DNA from: a bacterium | GTDB lineage: Bacteria > Bdellovibrionota_C > UBA2361 > RFPC01 | NCBI GenBank assembly: GCA_009926305.1 | Contig: RFPC01000005.1 | Location: 7,649 to 71,648 of the forward strand | Length of the DNA: 64,000 bases | Reading direction: 5' to 3' | In this document: one piece after another, positions 18,589 through 29,152 of the stretch | Numbering within the stretch: position 1 is the stretch's first letter | Layout: each line of letters starts with the position of its first letter | Translations under genes and position numbers: made by a program | Notes under the pieces: model-generated | What the model was told of the DNA's origin: nothing | The model's database searches: none | What the model saw: only the letters and a program-made list of their open reading frames with translations

Positions 18589-20775
18589 ATGAATAAAAAG
18601 AATCAAAAAAACACCGTGGCGCACAGGGAGAAAGATGTCTCTCAGCAACCAACAAGCCAAGCGTCTTTCAATGGTGCTATCTCAAACATTCTTCAAGCAA
18701 TTTCTGACGGAAAAGCAGCAACAGAAATTTATGCCCAGATTGCCTCGCACCTTATCTCACGATCTCATGCCACAGGAGTATGTGTTTATGTGAAAGGCTC
18801 CGAAACAGGAACAAACGCGGAGAGTGTCTACTCTACTGGCGTTCTTGATTATCAAAAACCATTGATCACCGAGACTGAATCGCTGCAAAAACAGAGACCA
18901 CCACATTATGTTTTCCCTTTGTATCACGGAGACGAATGGATCGGTGCTGTAGTGATCCAGAGTTCAGAGGAATTGAAGACTGATACTCTCACCCCTCTCA
19001 TTCAGTGCTGTTCAACGGCTTACATCCATAAAAAGTCATGGGCAGAGAATCAGCATCTTCAAGAGAGGTTACAAATCCTGAATTCCCTCAATGAGATTCT
19101 TATCCACAACACGGGCCTTGAACGGCTCATGAAAGGTTTGGTCCGTGAAAGCGCCTTTAACTTTTCAGCGGACATCTCGGTTATCTATCTCTGTAATCCT
19201 CTGCAAAATTCACTCGAACTTACGGGTGCCTATGGCTGCAATCCCAAACAGATTCCGTCGACCATATCACAACATGAAGGGCTTATTGGACAGGTGATGA
19301 GCACAGGAGGTCAACTCAGTATTAGCGATCTCACAAAACATAAGAATCATAAGATCAATTATCTTCAAAAACTAGGAGTTCTATCACTCCATATATGCTG
19401 TCTTGAGGTACAAGAGAAAATTCTGGGAACAATGATTGTCGGATTTCGCCGGCAACATGCTTATGATGCTCAAGAGGTCATTCGATTCGAAGAATTCTGT
19501 AGGGGCACCGCCCTTGCGATTAGCAACAGCATCGCTCAAACACAACTCAAAGCGTATACAGAAAGACTTGAAGAGCTCGTAGAAAAAAGGACGGCTGAAT
19601 TAGAAATTCAAACCGATAAAGCGAAGCAAGCAAACGAGGCAAAGTCTCACTTCCTTGCAAATATGACTCATGAGCTACGTACTCCAATAACGGCTATTCT
19701 TGGATACTCAAGCATAATGAATGATGAAATATTAGGAGAGGTCACCCCGCAACAACGGGAAGGGCTTTCTGCAATCATTCGATCCAGTGAACATCTCAAA
19801 AGCCTTATTGATGACGTCCTCAATCTTGCGCGGGTGGAAGCTGGCAAGGAAGAGGCTAAGATCGTTCCCCTCTCACTTCGTGAAATGCTAGAAAATGCGT
19901 ATCAGCTCATGAAACAAAGTGCTTTTGAAAAAGGAGTTACGTTACGAGACCTCGACTTGTCTGAGGAGCTAAGCGACTTGGAGTTCTTGTGTGATCGTAA
20001 GCATTTTCAACAGATTCTCATAAACCTCGTTTCTAATGCTATTAAATATACTCCAGCAGGAGGTAGCGCCTGGATTGAGGCACGACAAGTCGAGGAAATG
20101 ATTGAGATATCAGTGCATGACACTGGTGTGGGACTAAGCGATCAAGAGAAGTCAGATATATTTGAACGGTTTAACCGAACTGGAAATCCATATAGCCAGC
20201 AACAGGTGGGAACTGGGCTTGGGCTAGCCCTAACCAAAAAGCTCGTAGAGCTCAATATGGGAGAGATTCGAGCCGAAGACAATCCTGGCGGCGGTTCACG
20301 TTTCATACTCACCTATCCGACAAGCCACAGCCACTATCAAGCAAGTGAGACAGAGAATCCTGAAGCTCAAGCCATGACGAAACTTGATGGGCTCTCGATT
20401 TTGGTTGTTGATGATCATAGCGACACAAGAAATATTCTAGAGAATATTTTACATGCAGCTGGTGCAATCGTAGAGGTCAGAGAAACGGTCGATTCTGCTC
20501 GACAGGTACTCAAAGATTTCCAGCCAGATGTCCTGCTTACTGAGATTTCGATGCCAGGAGAAAGTGGCCTTGAGCTCATAAAATTTGTTCGAGCAGCAGG
20601 AGAGGACTCACGCCAAATCCCGATCGTTGTCTTAAGCTCTCGAGCCTTTGATACTGATCAACTCGCCGCCTTCGGTGCCGGAGCAAACGCATTCTACCCA
20701 AAGCCTTTTCGACCTAACGATCTCCTTGAGGTTATTCGGGAATTGACCCTCCAATATGCAATCACAGAAGGATAA
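18589..20775 (+). CDS. Hybrid sensor histidine kinase (GAF-HisKA-HATPase-REC)
   Basis: H-box FLANMTHELRTP, N-box NLVSNAIKYT, DTGVG, GTGLGL; C-terminal receiver VVDD...TEISMP...KPF. Confidence 0.92.
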   Translation: MNKKNQKNTVAHREKDVSQQPTSQASFNGAISNILQAISDGKAATEIYAQIASHLISRSHATGVCVYVKGSETGTNAESVYSTGVLDYQKPLITETESLQKQRPPHYVFPLYHGDEWIGAVVIQSSEELKTDTLTPLIQCCSTAYIHKKSWAENQHLQERLQILNSLNEILIHNTGLERLMKGLVRESAFNFSADISVIYLCNPLQNSLELTGAYGCNPKQIPSTISQHEGLIGQVMSTGGQLSISDLTKHKNHKINYLQKLGVLSLHICCLEVQEKILGTMIVGFRRQHAYDAQEVIRFEEFCRGTALAISNSIAQTQLKAYTERLEELVEKRTAELEIQTDKAKQANEAKSHFLANMTHELRTPITAILGYSSIMNDEILGEVTPQQREGLSAIIRSSEHLKSLIDDVLNLARVEAGKEEAKIVPLSLREMLENAYQLMKQSAFEKGVTLRDLDLSEELSDLEFLCDRKHFQQILINLVSNAIKYTPAGGSAWIEARQVEEMIEISVHDTGVGLSDQEKSDIFERFNRTGNPYSQQQVGTGLGLALTKKLVELNMGEIRAEDNPGGGSRFILTYPTSHSHYQASETENPEAQAMTKLDGLSILVVDDHSDTRNILENILHAAGAIVEVRETVDSARQVLKDFQPDVLLTEISMPGESGLELIKFVRAAGEDSRQIPIVVLSSRAFDTDQLAAFGAGANAFYPKPFRPNDLLEVIRELTLQYAITEG

Positions 20776-20782
20776 ACGTCAG

Positions 20783-22339
20783 ATGAAGCCGAATATACCA
20801 AATCCTCAATCAACGTACTCATCCTCAGATTTCTTAAAAAAACTGAAGGGCGCTCTGGGAAAGGATGGAGATTTCCCCGCAAGCGCCCGGCTAGTGAGTC
20901 AAATACAAGATATTACCTCGCGCCCAGAGACTACTACCCAACAAGTGGCAGAACTCATTCTGCGGGAACCTACACTGGGAGCTCGAGTGCTCCATCTTGT
21001 AAATAGCTCCTTCTATGGGAGAAGCAAACCAATACTCACCGTGAGCCAAGCAGTCATACAGATTGGCATGCGCCCGATTGCGGAGCTGTGTACGAACCTT
21101 GTCCTCTTGCAGAAATTCATCCCGCTCACCCGACGAAGTGGACCCTTTGCCCAATGTTTTCAAAGAACCATCACCACTTCTCTTTTAACGAGCATGATTG
21201 CAACAGAGTCGAGGGAAGCAAGCCCTCACTCGTCTTCCAGAACTTCGGATTCTGCGCATCAAGGAAGAAACGAGGCTGCTTATCTGGCGGGTACATTTGG
21301 TGAGTTGGGCCTCCTGCTCATCTCTTTCTATTTTCCGAAGCTATTTGATTCAGCAAAAAACAGAGCAGCATCAAAAGGAATTACCATCTCGAAAGGCATA
21401 CAAGAGCTCGTAGGACTGACTCCTATTGAAATCAGTCTTGAAGTATTACAAGAGCTCAATCTTCCGACCGAATATCAGTCCATACTCCAAACAACCTCTT
21501 CCTTAGAACGGGCGGCTCTATTGCCCGGTGAAAAAGCACAGAAAGAGATGGAACGTATCTTATCAACAGGACCATCGGGCGAGCTTGCCCAAGCGCTCTT
21601 TGCAGGAGGAGCACTCGCTGATGCCTTCTCCGGGGAGGACCCATTAAAGCAACTTGAGACTGCCATAATCGAAATTGATAAGATTCTCCCGCTTCCAAGC
21701 ACTCTCCTTACCGATTCAGTTCAGAGCTTCATAGAGTGCTACGATCAGTATTGCTCATCCATGGAGGTTGCTTTACCACCACTCCCAGATGATGTTGTGA
21801 ACATGAATGTTTCACTGAGCGCTGAATCAGACAAAGAATCAATCTCTCCCGAAGCGAGTAGTGAGGATCTGTCGCAGTTCATTGTAGAAGTACGTACGGC
21901 CGTCGAACAACACGAACCTCTGTCGTCCATTATCACAACAGTGATGGAAACACTGGCATGGAGCCTAAAATTCGAAAGAGTGCTTCTCCTTTTATTCGAC
22001 AAGAAAAAGCAGAATCTCACCGGACGAATGGCACTCGGAGATATCCCCGATTTTGAACCGAAGCAGTTCGTACGCCCCTTTGATTCAGAACAACCAACAG
22101 ACAACTGGTCAATAGCGATTGCAGAAAATCGCCTTGTCTTTACGGGCGAGCCCTTACTCTCTGGTGGAAGGAGTTTTGTACTTATGCCAGTGGGTTTTGA
22201 TAACAGGCGCGTAGGCTTAATCTACGGAGATAGAGTTTGCGACCAGAAATCAGAGAAGGTATCCGAGCAAGAGCGTGGTGCCTTACAGGTCCTGATGGAG
22301 CTTCTCAATAGAGCAATTGCTTTAAAAAACGACGGATAG
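20783..22339 (+). CDS. HDOD-domain protein with a C-terminal GAF-like domain
   Basis: ILREPTLGARVLHLVNSSFYG, TVSQAVIQIG, AYLAG..GELG; C-terminal FERVLLLL...GLIYGDR. Confidence 0.8.
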   Translation: MKPNIPNPQSTYSSSDFLKKLKGALGKDGDFPASARLVSQIQDITSRPETTTQQVAELILREPTLGARVLHLVNSSFYGRSKPILTVSQAVIQIGMRPIAELCTNLVLLQKFIPLTRRSGPFAQCFQRTITTSLLTSMIATESREASPHSSSRTSDSAHQGRNEAAYLAGTFGELGLLLISFYFPKLFDSAKNRAASKGITISKGIQELVGLTPIEISLEVLQELNLPTEYQSILQTTSSLERAALLPGEKAQKEMERILSTGPSGELAQALFAGGALADAFSGEDPLKQLETAIIEIDKILPLPSTLLTDSVQSFIECYDQYCSSMEVALPPLPDDVVNMNVSLSAESDKESISPEASSEDLSQFIVEVRTAVEQHEPLSSIITTVMETLAWSLKFERVLLLLFDKKKQNLTGRMALGDIPDFEPKQFVRPFDSEQPTDNWSIAIAENRLVFTGEPLLSGGRSFVLMPVGFDNRRVGLIYGDRVCDQKSEKVSEQERGALQVLMELLNRAIALKNDG

Positions 22340-22460
22340 TTCACCCCTCATCTCTCTAGGCGACTTCCGACAGAGCCTTCGTCTCAAAAGACTCCCATAT
22401 TTCTCCCTGAAAAGGACAGTCCTCGACAAGATGAGTTGAGATCGTTACCCTAAACCCATT

Positions 22461-23525
22461 ATGTTTCGAGTTATCAAGAGTGCCACTGTCCTGCTGTTCA
22501 TGAGTCTTATCGGACTTGTATTCGCCCTCGTATTAGTCGAAGGGTTGTATCGACTCAGTAGCGGGATGGGTTCTCGCGTCCCAATATGGAATGACCGTCC
22601 AGTGGCGTACATAAACCCGAAGAATGCCACTACACTCCAAGGAAACCAATATAATCCTCGCAAACCCCCAGAGGTCTATCGCATTGCGGTATTAGGAGAC
22701 TCCTTTACCTTTGCCCCATACATGCAGGTTGATGATGCGTTTCCTGCTCGATTAGAGCGCTTTTTGCGGATGAGCGCGGACTCAAATCAGCAATCATCGC
22801 ATATTGAAGTAATCAACTATGGCGTACCTGGCTTCTCAACCTCTCATGAGGTAACTGAAGCAAAAAGGGCGGTGACTGAAGGTGCCGATCTTCTCATTTT
22901 ACAAATTACCCTCAACGACCCTCAGCGCAAGTCATACCAGCCAACGGGACTGACCGGCAAAAACCAGTTTGGCCCCTATCAACCGCCCCAAATACTCAAA
23001 AAGATACTTCCATACTGGAAATCTCTCGGCTACTTCCTTGAACGGATTCATAATACGAATACACACTCTCGCTATATTGAATATTACCACACACTCTTTG
23101 AGGAAGACGCGTCTTGGAATAGTTTTAAGGGCTCGGTGGAGAAGCTCGCAAAATTTGCTCGTAAAAAGAATACGCCCCTCGTAGCAGTCGTATTCCCACT
23201 CTTCGGTGTTCCGCTTGACAAAGATTATCCTTTTCATCCGCTGCACGACAAAGTGCAGTTGCTCCTCGAGGCTGAAAACATACCAAATACCGATCTCTTT
23301 CGCCTCTACGAAAATATTCCCTTAGAGCGAATACAAGTAATTCCAGGAGCTGATTTTCATCCGAATGAGATAGGGCATCGATTGGCGGCTGAAGCAATAT
23401 ACGACTGGCTCGCTGGTTTTGACTATATTCCAAAAGCCTATATGCAGGCACCGCGCTTCAAAGCTCGCACTGATATCCGTTTACTTGACCAGAACCGGAT
23501 ACGAGAAGTGGAGAAATTGGGATAG
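22461..23525 (+). CDS. SGNH/GDSL hydrolase family protein, membrane-anchored
   Basis: LGDSFT, INYGVPG, LND and DFHPN motifs; N-terminal transmembrane segment. Confidence 0.85.
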   Translation: MFRVIKSATVLLFMSLIGLVFALVLVEGLYRLSSGMGSRVPIWNDRPVAYINPKNATTLQGNQYNPRKPPEVYRIAVLGDSFTFAPYMQVDDAFPARLERFLRMSADSNQQSSHIEVINYGVPGFSTSHEVTEAKRAVTEGADLLILQITLNDPQRKSYQPTGLTGKNQFGPYQPPQILKKILPYWKSLGYFLERIHNTNTHSRYIEYYHTLFEEDASWNSFKGSVEKLAKFARKKNTPLVAVVFPLFGVPLDKDYPFHPLHDKVQLLLEAENIPNTDLFRLYENIPLERIQVIPGADFHPNEIGHRLAAEAIYDWLAGFDYIPKAYMQAPRFKARTDIRLLDQNRIREVEKLG

Positions 23526-23528
23526 CCT

Positions 23529-24239
23529 ATGTCTTTGGAACAACTCCTTACCACTGAAGGTTACCTCATTTACCTTATTCTCTTTACCTTATTGATGGGG
23601 GGTGCCCTCGGACTCCCGATTCCAGAAGATCTCCCTCTTATCGCTGCCGGAGTATTCGCCTTTCGTGAAGAAGCGAACATTTATGGTTTATTCGCGACAT
23701 GCTATCTTGGAGTGGTCACCGGAGATATTATCATTTTCATCATTGGGAGAAGGTGGGGCTCCGCCCTTTTTTCCAGCCCGTGGTTCAAAAGAAAACTTTC
23801 TCCAAGACGTCTAAAACGTTTCAAACAGGGGCTTGAACGGAATCGCTTCTTTACTATTGTCCTCGCTCGACACCTCTTTTATCTCCGTATGGTTACCTTT
23901 ATCGCGTGCGGTGCGGTGAAAATGAGCTACGCTCGTTTCATCATCGCAGATGCAATCGCTGCCCTTGTTAGTGTGCCGTTAATGATGGCGATTGGATACA
24001 GCACATGGGAGCACCAAGATCACTTACTCGAAAATATCGAATGGGTCTTGCTTGCTCTTATCGTAGGAGCAGGCTTCCTTCTTTTACGCTCACGGCTCTC
24101 ATCGCAAAATAAAAAGAGAAGATCCCGCAAAAGAAGCTTGACCTCATCTCAAGGCGACTCATCGCTGAAGGCTCAAGGTAAGGAAGTCTCTGATAAAGAG
24201 GGGGCTAATGAACAGACCTCTCCCGTTCAACCACAATAA
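23529..24239 (+). CDS. DedA family membrane protein
   Basis: GLPIPED, GDIIIFIIGR, ARHLFYLR, G..KMSY.RF. Confidence 0.88.
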   Translation: MSLEQLLTTEGYLIYLILFTLLMGGALGLPIPEDLPLIAAGVFAFREEANIYGLFATCYLGVVTGDIIIFIIGRRWGSALFSSPWFKRKLSPRRLKRFKQGLERNRFFTIVLARHLFYLRMVTFIACGAVKMSYARFIIADAIAALVSVPLMMAIGYSTWEHQDHLLENIEWVLLALIVGAGFLLLRSRLSSQNKKRRSRKRSLTSSQGDSSLKAQGKEVSDKEGANEQTSPVQPQ

Positions 24240-24591
24240 GGTCATGCAGCGCCTTACCAATTGATTCGCGAAATGAATACGCGGCTCCCTCGATGGCACC
24301 TTTTTTTGATTTGATAACGGTCTTATAGCAATATGAAAACTCTGACATCTCCAATCCAGCGTGAAATAAGATTGCTTGTCTTACTTCTATTTGGAGAATC
24401 ATCTGTTCGACTGTTGGCAACCAAATATACGAATCTCTCAGTGCGGGAGGAGTGAGTCCGCCAGTATCAACTAAAACTGATATTTGATCCGGACTTTCCC
24501 GTTTAGAAATCTCATCTCCAATCTCTGGATTCCAGATGAGCCCAATTTTGTCGAGGTCACAAGCAACCTCCAGAAAATCACCAAAAGCCAT
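24205..24591 (-). CDS. Hypothetical protein
   Basis: 128-aa ORF with globular composition (W.PEIGDE, IWLPTVEQ); no function recognised. Confidence 0.6.
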   Translation of the reverse strand: MAFGDFLEVACDLDKIGLIWNPEIGDEISKRESPDQISVLVDTGGLTPPALRDSYIWLPTVEQMILQIEVRQAILFHAGLEMSEFSYCYKTVIKSKKGAIEGAAYSFRESIGKALHDLIVVERERSVH

Positions 24592-24759
24592 AAAGAACCT
24601 TCTCTTTTCCTACTGGAATATTCGGCATTCCATTTCTACCGCTTTACCCTCTTATATCTTGGGATGCGAGGGAGTTAGCATCAGGAACGATTTTGTTGGG
24701 ACTTTCAGTGAGATATAAATCGAATGGTCATTCTAACTCGGATAGCTTCCGCTCAGAGG

Positions 24760-25119
24760 CTAATGGAGTTTCGTCTCTTCTGGAGAGCTTGGCTCATCGG
24801 CAGCCGGATGTTCCGAGCTTTCTCCCTCGCCTGCCCCCTTGTCTCTGTTCGAGGAAACTCCTTCTCCTTGAGAGATTTCAGGCGCCTGTTCAGGAGCAAG
24901 CATATAGAAACTGACACCGACAAGAGCTACAAGAGCAACGATGATCAAGACTGGCTTCGCAAAAACCACAACACTGAGCCCCAGCACGATTCCAATAAGA
25001 AAGGATGCCTCTCCATTCTCCTGAATCCAAGTACGTCCTCGAAAAACCTGTTCTCGAACAAGGCCAATCCACTGGCTCTTAGAACGCTTTTGAATCTCAT
25101 CAAAAATATTGAATGCCAT
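24760..25119 (-). CDS. Hypothetical small membrane protein (2 TM, acidic tail)
   Basis: Hydrophobic hairpin followed by a low-complexity C-terminus; probable start MAFNIF. Confidence 0.6.
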   Translation of the reverse strand: MAFNIFDEIQKRSKSQWIGLVREQVFRGRTWIQENGEASFLIGIVLGLSVVVFAKPVLIIVALVALVGVSFYMLAPEQAPEISQGEGVSSNRDKGAGEGESSEHPAADEPSSPEETKLH

Positions 25120-25294
25120 CAGTCTTTCCTCTTCTTTAGAAACTTCCTTTCGAGCATGATATTCAAACACATGCAACAATACTGTTCATCGGCTGCTACA
25201 GAGTAAATATGAAGGGGGAAAAACTCAACTCTTGTTTCATTTTTCCCTGGCAATGTACTGCCAATATTCAGGATGCCAGCTTCTCCACTTGTGC

Positions 25295-26095
25295 TTACCA
25301 GTAATTCTCCAAATGAAGATTCCCTGATTGCTTCCGAGAGTGTTCTTGAAAACCAGCTGCTGTCAGTAGCGTCACGACTGATTCAATCATACTAGGATTG
25401 CCACACAGAAATACATGATCAGTCTCCTTATTCACGGTTACGAGACCTTCTGCTACATAAGACTGTACATAGCCAGTTCTCAATCCCTCCTCTTCCACCT
25501 CTTCTCTACTGACGGCTCGAAAGTATTCCAGATCATATTCTGCTGAGTTTATCAAAGTCGTAATCTCTTCAGCATATGCAAGATCTCGCTTATATCGAAC
25601 TCCGTGGAGAATCGTTATTCTCCCGAATCTCCTTAATACCTCTGGTGTTCTCAACATAGAAATGAACGGAGCAATCCCTGTTCCAGTGGCAATGAGTATG
25701 AGATTCTTGCCAGCTACTACTTCGCATGTGGTGAAGGCTCCTGTGAACTTCTTTTGTACGAAAAGCCTGTCACCTGCTCGTAGTTCTGAGAGCCCAGGTG
25801 AAAGTGCGCCATCCTCAACTCTCGCAATATAGAACTCGAGTGCATCCTTATCAGATGGAGATGAGGCAATACTATAGGCCCGTTTTGTGAGGGATCTCCG
25901 AGGCGAAGCACTTTGACCGGCTGCTGTTTCAGCGAGAGGCAATCCGAGTGCTACATATTGTCCAGGCTTAAAGTCTGGGATAGGGGCATCTGGAAGAACC
26001 CGAAGGAGAAATAACCCAGGCGACAAAAGAAGATTGTCAACCACGGTTGCGTTTAAGAGAGAATTACCTACCATAATGTCAGTAGAGTATGACAT
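25295..26095 (-). CDS. fpr: Ferredoxin--NADP+ reductase (bacterial Fpr type)
   Basis: FKPGQY, RAYSIAS, ATGTGIAPF, LCGNPSM, ENYW C-terminus; start is 26095 or 26074. Confidence 0.9.
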   Translation of the reverse strand: MSYSTDIMVGNSLLNATVVDNLLLSPGLFLLRVLPDAPIPDFKPGQYVALGLPLAETAAGQSASPRRSLTKRAYSIASSPSDKDALEFYIARVEDGALSPGLSELRAGDRLFVQKKFTGAFTTCEVVAGKNLILIATGTGIAPFISMLRTPEVLRRFGRITILHGVRYKRDLAYAEEITTLINSAEYDLEYFRAVSREEVEEEGLRTGYVQSYVAEGLVTVNKETDHVFLCGNPSMIESVVTLLTAAGFQEHSRKQSGNLHLENYW

Positions 26096-26549
26096 GAATA
26101 TCGTTTTAGTTGAACCAACAATACCCCAAAATACGGGCTCGATTGCCCGAACATGTGCTGCGACCCGCACCCCCTTGCATCTCGTAGGACAGCTTGGTTT
26201 TGATATATCTGAAAAGGCAGTAAGACGAGCAGGTCTCGATTACTGGCCTTATGTTACCATCACTCAACATAGGAGTTGGGAAGCATTTCAGAGTTCAGGT
26301 ACCGCAAAACAGTGTTGGTACTTTACGAAGTTCTCAGACAAACCGTATTACGAAGCCAAATTTGAACCTGGCGACTACCTTGTGTTTGGAAGCGAAACTA
26401 CGGGGCTTGGAAAAGAATTTCTCAATCAGTGTCCAGCAGAAGCCCTACTCTCAATTCCCATGGATGAACCGGGAGTAAGAAGCCTCAACTTAAGCAATGC
26501 TGTTTCAATAGGACTCTTTGAGGCTCGCCGTCAACTTACACTTCGGTAA
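26094..26549 (+). CDS. trmL: tRNA (cytidine/uridine-34 2'-O)-methyltransferase TrmL
   Basis: IVLVEPTIPQNTGSIARTC, RRAGLDYW, FGSETTGL, IPM...RSLNLSN. Confidence 0.92.
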   Translation: MNIVLVEPTIPQNTGSIARTCAATRTPLHLVGQLGFDISEKAVRRAGLDYWPYVTITQHRSWEAFQSSGTAKQCWYFTKFSDKPYYEAKFEPGDYLVFGSETTGLGKEFLNQCPAEALLSIPMDEPGVRSLNLSNAVSIGLFEARRQLTLR

Positions 26550-26602
26550 ATCTTTCACGTGCTCAATCCGTGTACGCCAGACTCCCGTAGGAGCACAGCA
26601 CT

Positions 26603-27223
26603 CTATCGCATGCCCCTCTCGTGACTTGCTTGCAAGTGTGCTCGAAAGAGATTCATTGCTTTCACTCGGTGGGTTTCAAAAGTCGCGTCTTCTTGCTTTA
26701 TCTGAGCCAGCGTTTTTCCGGTTCCTGTAACTTCAAAGATTGGATCATAACCAAACCCCTCCCCTTTACGAGGAGTTTCTGTTATCGCCCCTTCGAGCTC
26801 CCCCCGAAAATACGTAGTATCGTTCTCAGATACAGTAAATGCGAGCGTACAGACGAATTTTGCCCTGCGATTCTCCACCCCCTCAAGCTCTTGGAGAACT
26901 TTTGCAATGTTGTCATCGAATGTACAATTCTCACCAGCATACCGGGCGCTGTAGAGACCGGGAGCTCCGCCAAGCGCCTCGATTTCTAGCCCTGAATCAT
27001 CACCAATAGTTGGAATGCCAGCCCATCGAAAATATGCGCAAGATTTAAGTGCGGCATTCTCTTCATACGTTGTGCCGACTTCTTCAACCTCCCCTTGAAA
27101 AGGCGAAATCTTCTTCATCTCTGAATACTGTTGTGGCGAGGCAAGGTGGAAGTCTGCACCTTCTAGGTATCGAGTCAAATCTCTGACTTTGCCCATATTT
27201 GATGTTGCGAAAAGAAACCACAT
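26603..27223 (-). CDS. rdgB: Non-canonical purine NTP pyrophosphatase (RdgB/HAM1)
   Basis: FATSN.GK, TYEENA.LK, DDSGL...LGGAPGLYSARYAG, GFGYDPIF, THR. Confidence 0.92.
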   Translation of the reverse strand: MWFLFATSNMGKVRDLTRYLEGADFHLASPQQYSEMKKISPFQGEVEEVGTTYEENAALKSCAYFRWAGIPTIGDDSGLEIEALGGAPGLYSARYAGENCTFDDNIAKVLQELEGVENRRAKFVCTLAFTVSENDTTYFRGELEGAITETPRKGEGFGYDPIFEVTGTGKTLAQIKQEDATFETHRVKAMNLFRAHLQASHERGMR

Positions 27224-28209
27224 TACTGACCACCTTCTTTATCACTTTGAACGCAATCTCCATCGCTTCGATTGCGAAAGACACAGTACGTGACGATCCA
27301 GACAAGAACAATCGCCAGCCATGAAAACTCCTCCGTGAGCAGATAATACCGACGCCCAGCTCCAGACGGATACTCAAAGCCAAGAGCTGGATCACATAAC
27401 TTTCCCACTATTTTCACGGTTGCAACCCATCCAGCATGCAATCCAATTACAGGAAGTAACGATCTCGTGCGCTCAAGCGTAGAGCACAGAACTACGCCGA
27501 CCAAAAAAAGTCCAAAACTCGCTCCCAAGAATCCAGGCTCCATCACCCGTCCGACTAAAAGTCCAAGATAAGAGAATCCGGTAGAGAATTCGAGCTCAGT
27601 AAATCCCCATGATTTTACTGGCTGGATGAAGTGCACAATTGAGTACAAGGCTGAAGAAAGACCTGCTGACCACCAAAATGAAAGGTACTGTCGTAAAGAG
27701 CGAAAAAGGAAAAAACGAAAAAACACCTCTTCAATAAAAGAAATGAGGAGGGCTGCAGGAATTACCTTTAGCAGTCTCTGGAAAACCGTCCCCCACGAAT
27801 TATCTGACCACTCAAGAGTGCCACCACTCACTAACAGTGGAACCACACAGAGACTCAAAAAGAATGTAGTAAAAAACCCCAGTATTATTGGAGAAGCTTT
27901 TTGTCCCCTCACATGGAGGTGAAAATCATCTCTGTACTTCTCGATATGAAAATGCCGACGCCTCAGAAGAAACAGTGCAACTGCTACTCCCATAATCACC
28001 CGATCATAGACGCGAGAATAGGGCCATGGGAGCTCCGGCCATACGGACTGAAGCCATATAAAAAGGGCCGGCGTAATCAGAGCTGATAGAACCAAAGAGC
28101 CGCAGACCAAGAGCAACAGCTCAAAAAGAAGTTTGCGAAACGTGGCTCTTTCTTCTTCAAGCCCGAGATGGTGGTTAGCATGTTCCAAATTGTATTCCTG
28201 ATTATTCAC
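27223..28209 (-). CDS. CPBP-family intramembrane glutamic endopeptidase (CAAX protease-like)
   Basis: EEVFFR, YSIVH and IGLHAGW motifs; multiple transmembrane segments. Confidence 0.85.
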   Translation of the reverse strand: MNNQEYNLEHANHHLGLEEERATFRKLLFELLLLVCGSLVLSALITPALFIWLQSVWPELPWPYSRVYDRVIMGVAVALFLLRRRHFHIEKYRDDFHLHVRGQKASPIILGFFTTFFLSLCVVPLLVSGGTLEWSDNSWGTVFQRLLKVIPAALLISFIEEVFFRFFLFRSLRQYLSFWWSAGLSSALYSIVHFIQPVKSWGFTELEFSTGFSYLGLLVGRVMEPGFLGASFGLFLVGVVLCSTLERTRSLLPVIGLHAGWVATVKIVGKLCDPALGFEYPSGAGRRYYLLTEEFSWLAIVLVWIVTYCVFRNRSDGDCVQSDKEGGQ

Positions 28210-28414
28210 ACAGTGTCTAATCAGAGACTATAGTAGAAGCTGACACTGGAGAACAGAGCTCAAGACGTCTGATACCCCTCTTGTCTGAAAATATCGCGGC
28301 TTAGGAACAACTTCTCTTACAAAGGTACGATAAGTCTTTTGCTCACTCGACGAGGAGGCAAGGCGCACGTTGCTGACGAGAGTGTGTTTCGTATGAGCGC
28401 TTTCCTCTGAGTGT

Positions 28415-29152
28415 CTATGCAGCTTGATTATCGAGCGCCTGCTCGCTTGCATACCGAGACCGCTTCTTTCTGCGCTGAATTTTCCTCATCTCTTGTAGGC
28501 TCGCTCCAGCAGAAGGTCTATCGTCACGCTCAAGGCTCTGTTCGAGTTCAATTTGCAGATTCTCAAGCGCTTTTTTCTTTACGCGAGAGATGTGACACCT
28601 GCTGTACCCCAATGAACTGGCAATCTTCATCAACTGCTCGCCTTGAAGAAACAGACGCTCAATTACTTCTCGCTCTAATGGATCTAGTCGCGTACATGCG
28701 CTCTTGCTCAGTTCAATCAACTCTTTTTGAAGCAAAAGGTCGTCTGGGTTACGCTGATCAGTACCAGAAATGGCCTCCACTACATCAAGTGCCGTAATGG
28801 TCTTTGGCTCTTCACCCTTCTTCCCTTCTATCTCCTGACCAGGTATAAAATTTGCCTGTGCTGCTGCAGTCACGGTACGAATCAAATTCCCCTTCAAATG
28901 ATAGTATAAAAACGTCATGAAGCTGGCCCCTTTTTCGGGATCAAATCGTTGCACAGCCTCACAAAGAGACAGGTCTACAACACTATCAACTTCTTCAAGA
29001 TCAAGACGTGCCTGCCACCTTCTCAAAATACTCCGTCCCAGCTTCCGGGCTTTGATTCGATACTCTAAAATCATTTCGTCGTTGAGAGCCTGCTCATTTA
29101 CCGTTCCCTTCTTTGTCTTCTGTGAACCTTTTCGAGCCTTAACCTTTGTCAT
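28415..29152 (-). CDS. Sigma-70 family sigma factor, FliA/WhiG-like
   Basis: Region 2 LCEAVQRFDPEKGASFMTFLYYHLKG; region 4 HTH LDPLEREVI...LMKIASSLGYSRCHISRVKKKAL. Confidence 0.85.
   Translation of the reverse strand: MTKVKARKGSQKTKKGTVNEQALNDEMILEYRIKARKLGRSILRRWQARLDLEEVDSVVDLSLCEAVQRFDPEKGASFMTFLYYHLKGNLIRTVTAAAQANFIPGQEIEGKKGEEPKTITALDVVEAISGTDQRNPDDLLLQKELIELSKSACTRLDPLEREVIERLFLQGEQLMKIASSLGYSRCHISRVKKKALENLQIELEQSLERDDRPSAGASLQEMRKIQRRKKRSRYASEQALDNQAA

Noticed and set aside
27223..28209. CPBP ('Abi') protease as an antiphage system
   Set aside because: The family name is historical; the gene is coupled to housekeeping rdgB with no defence-island context.
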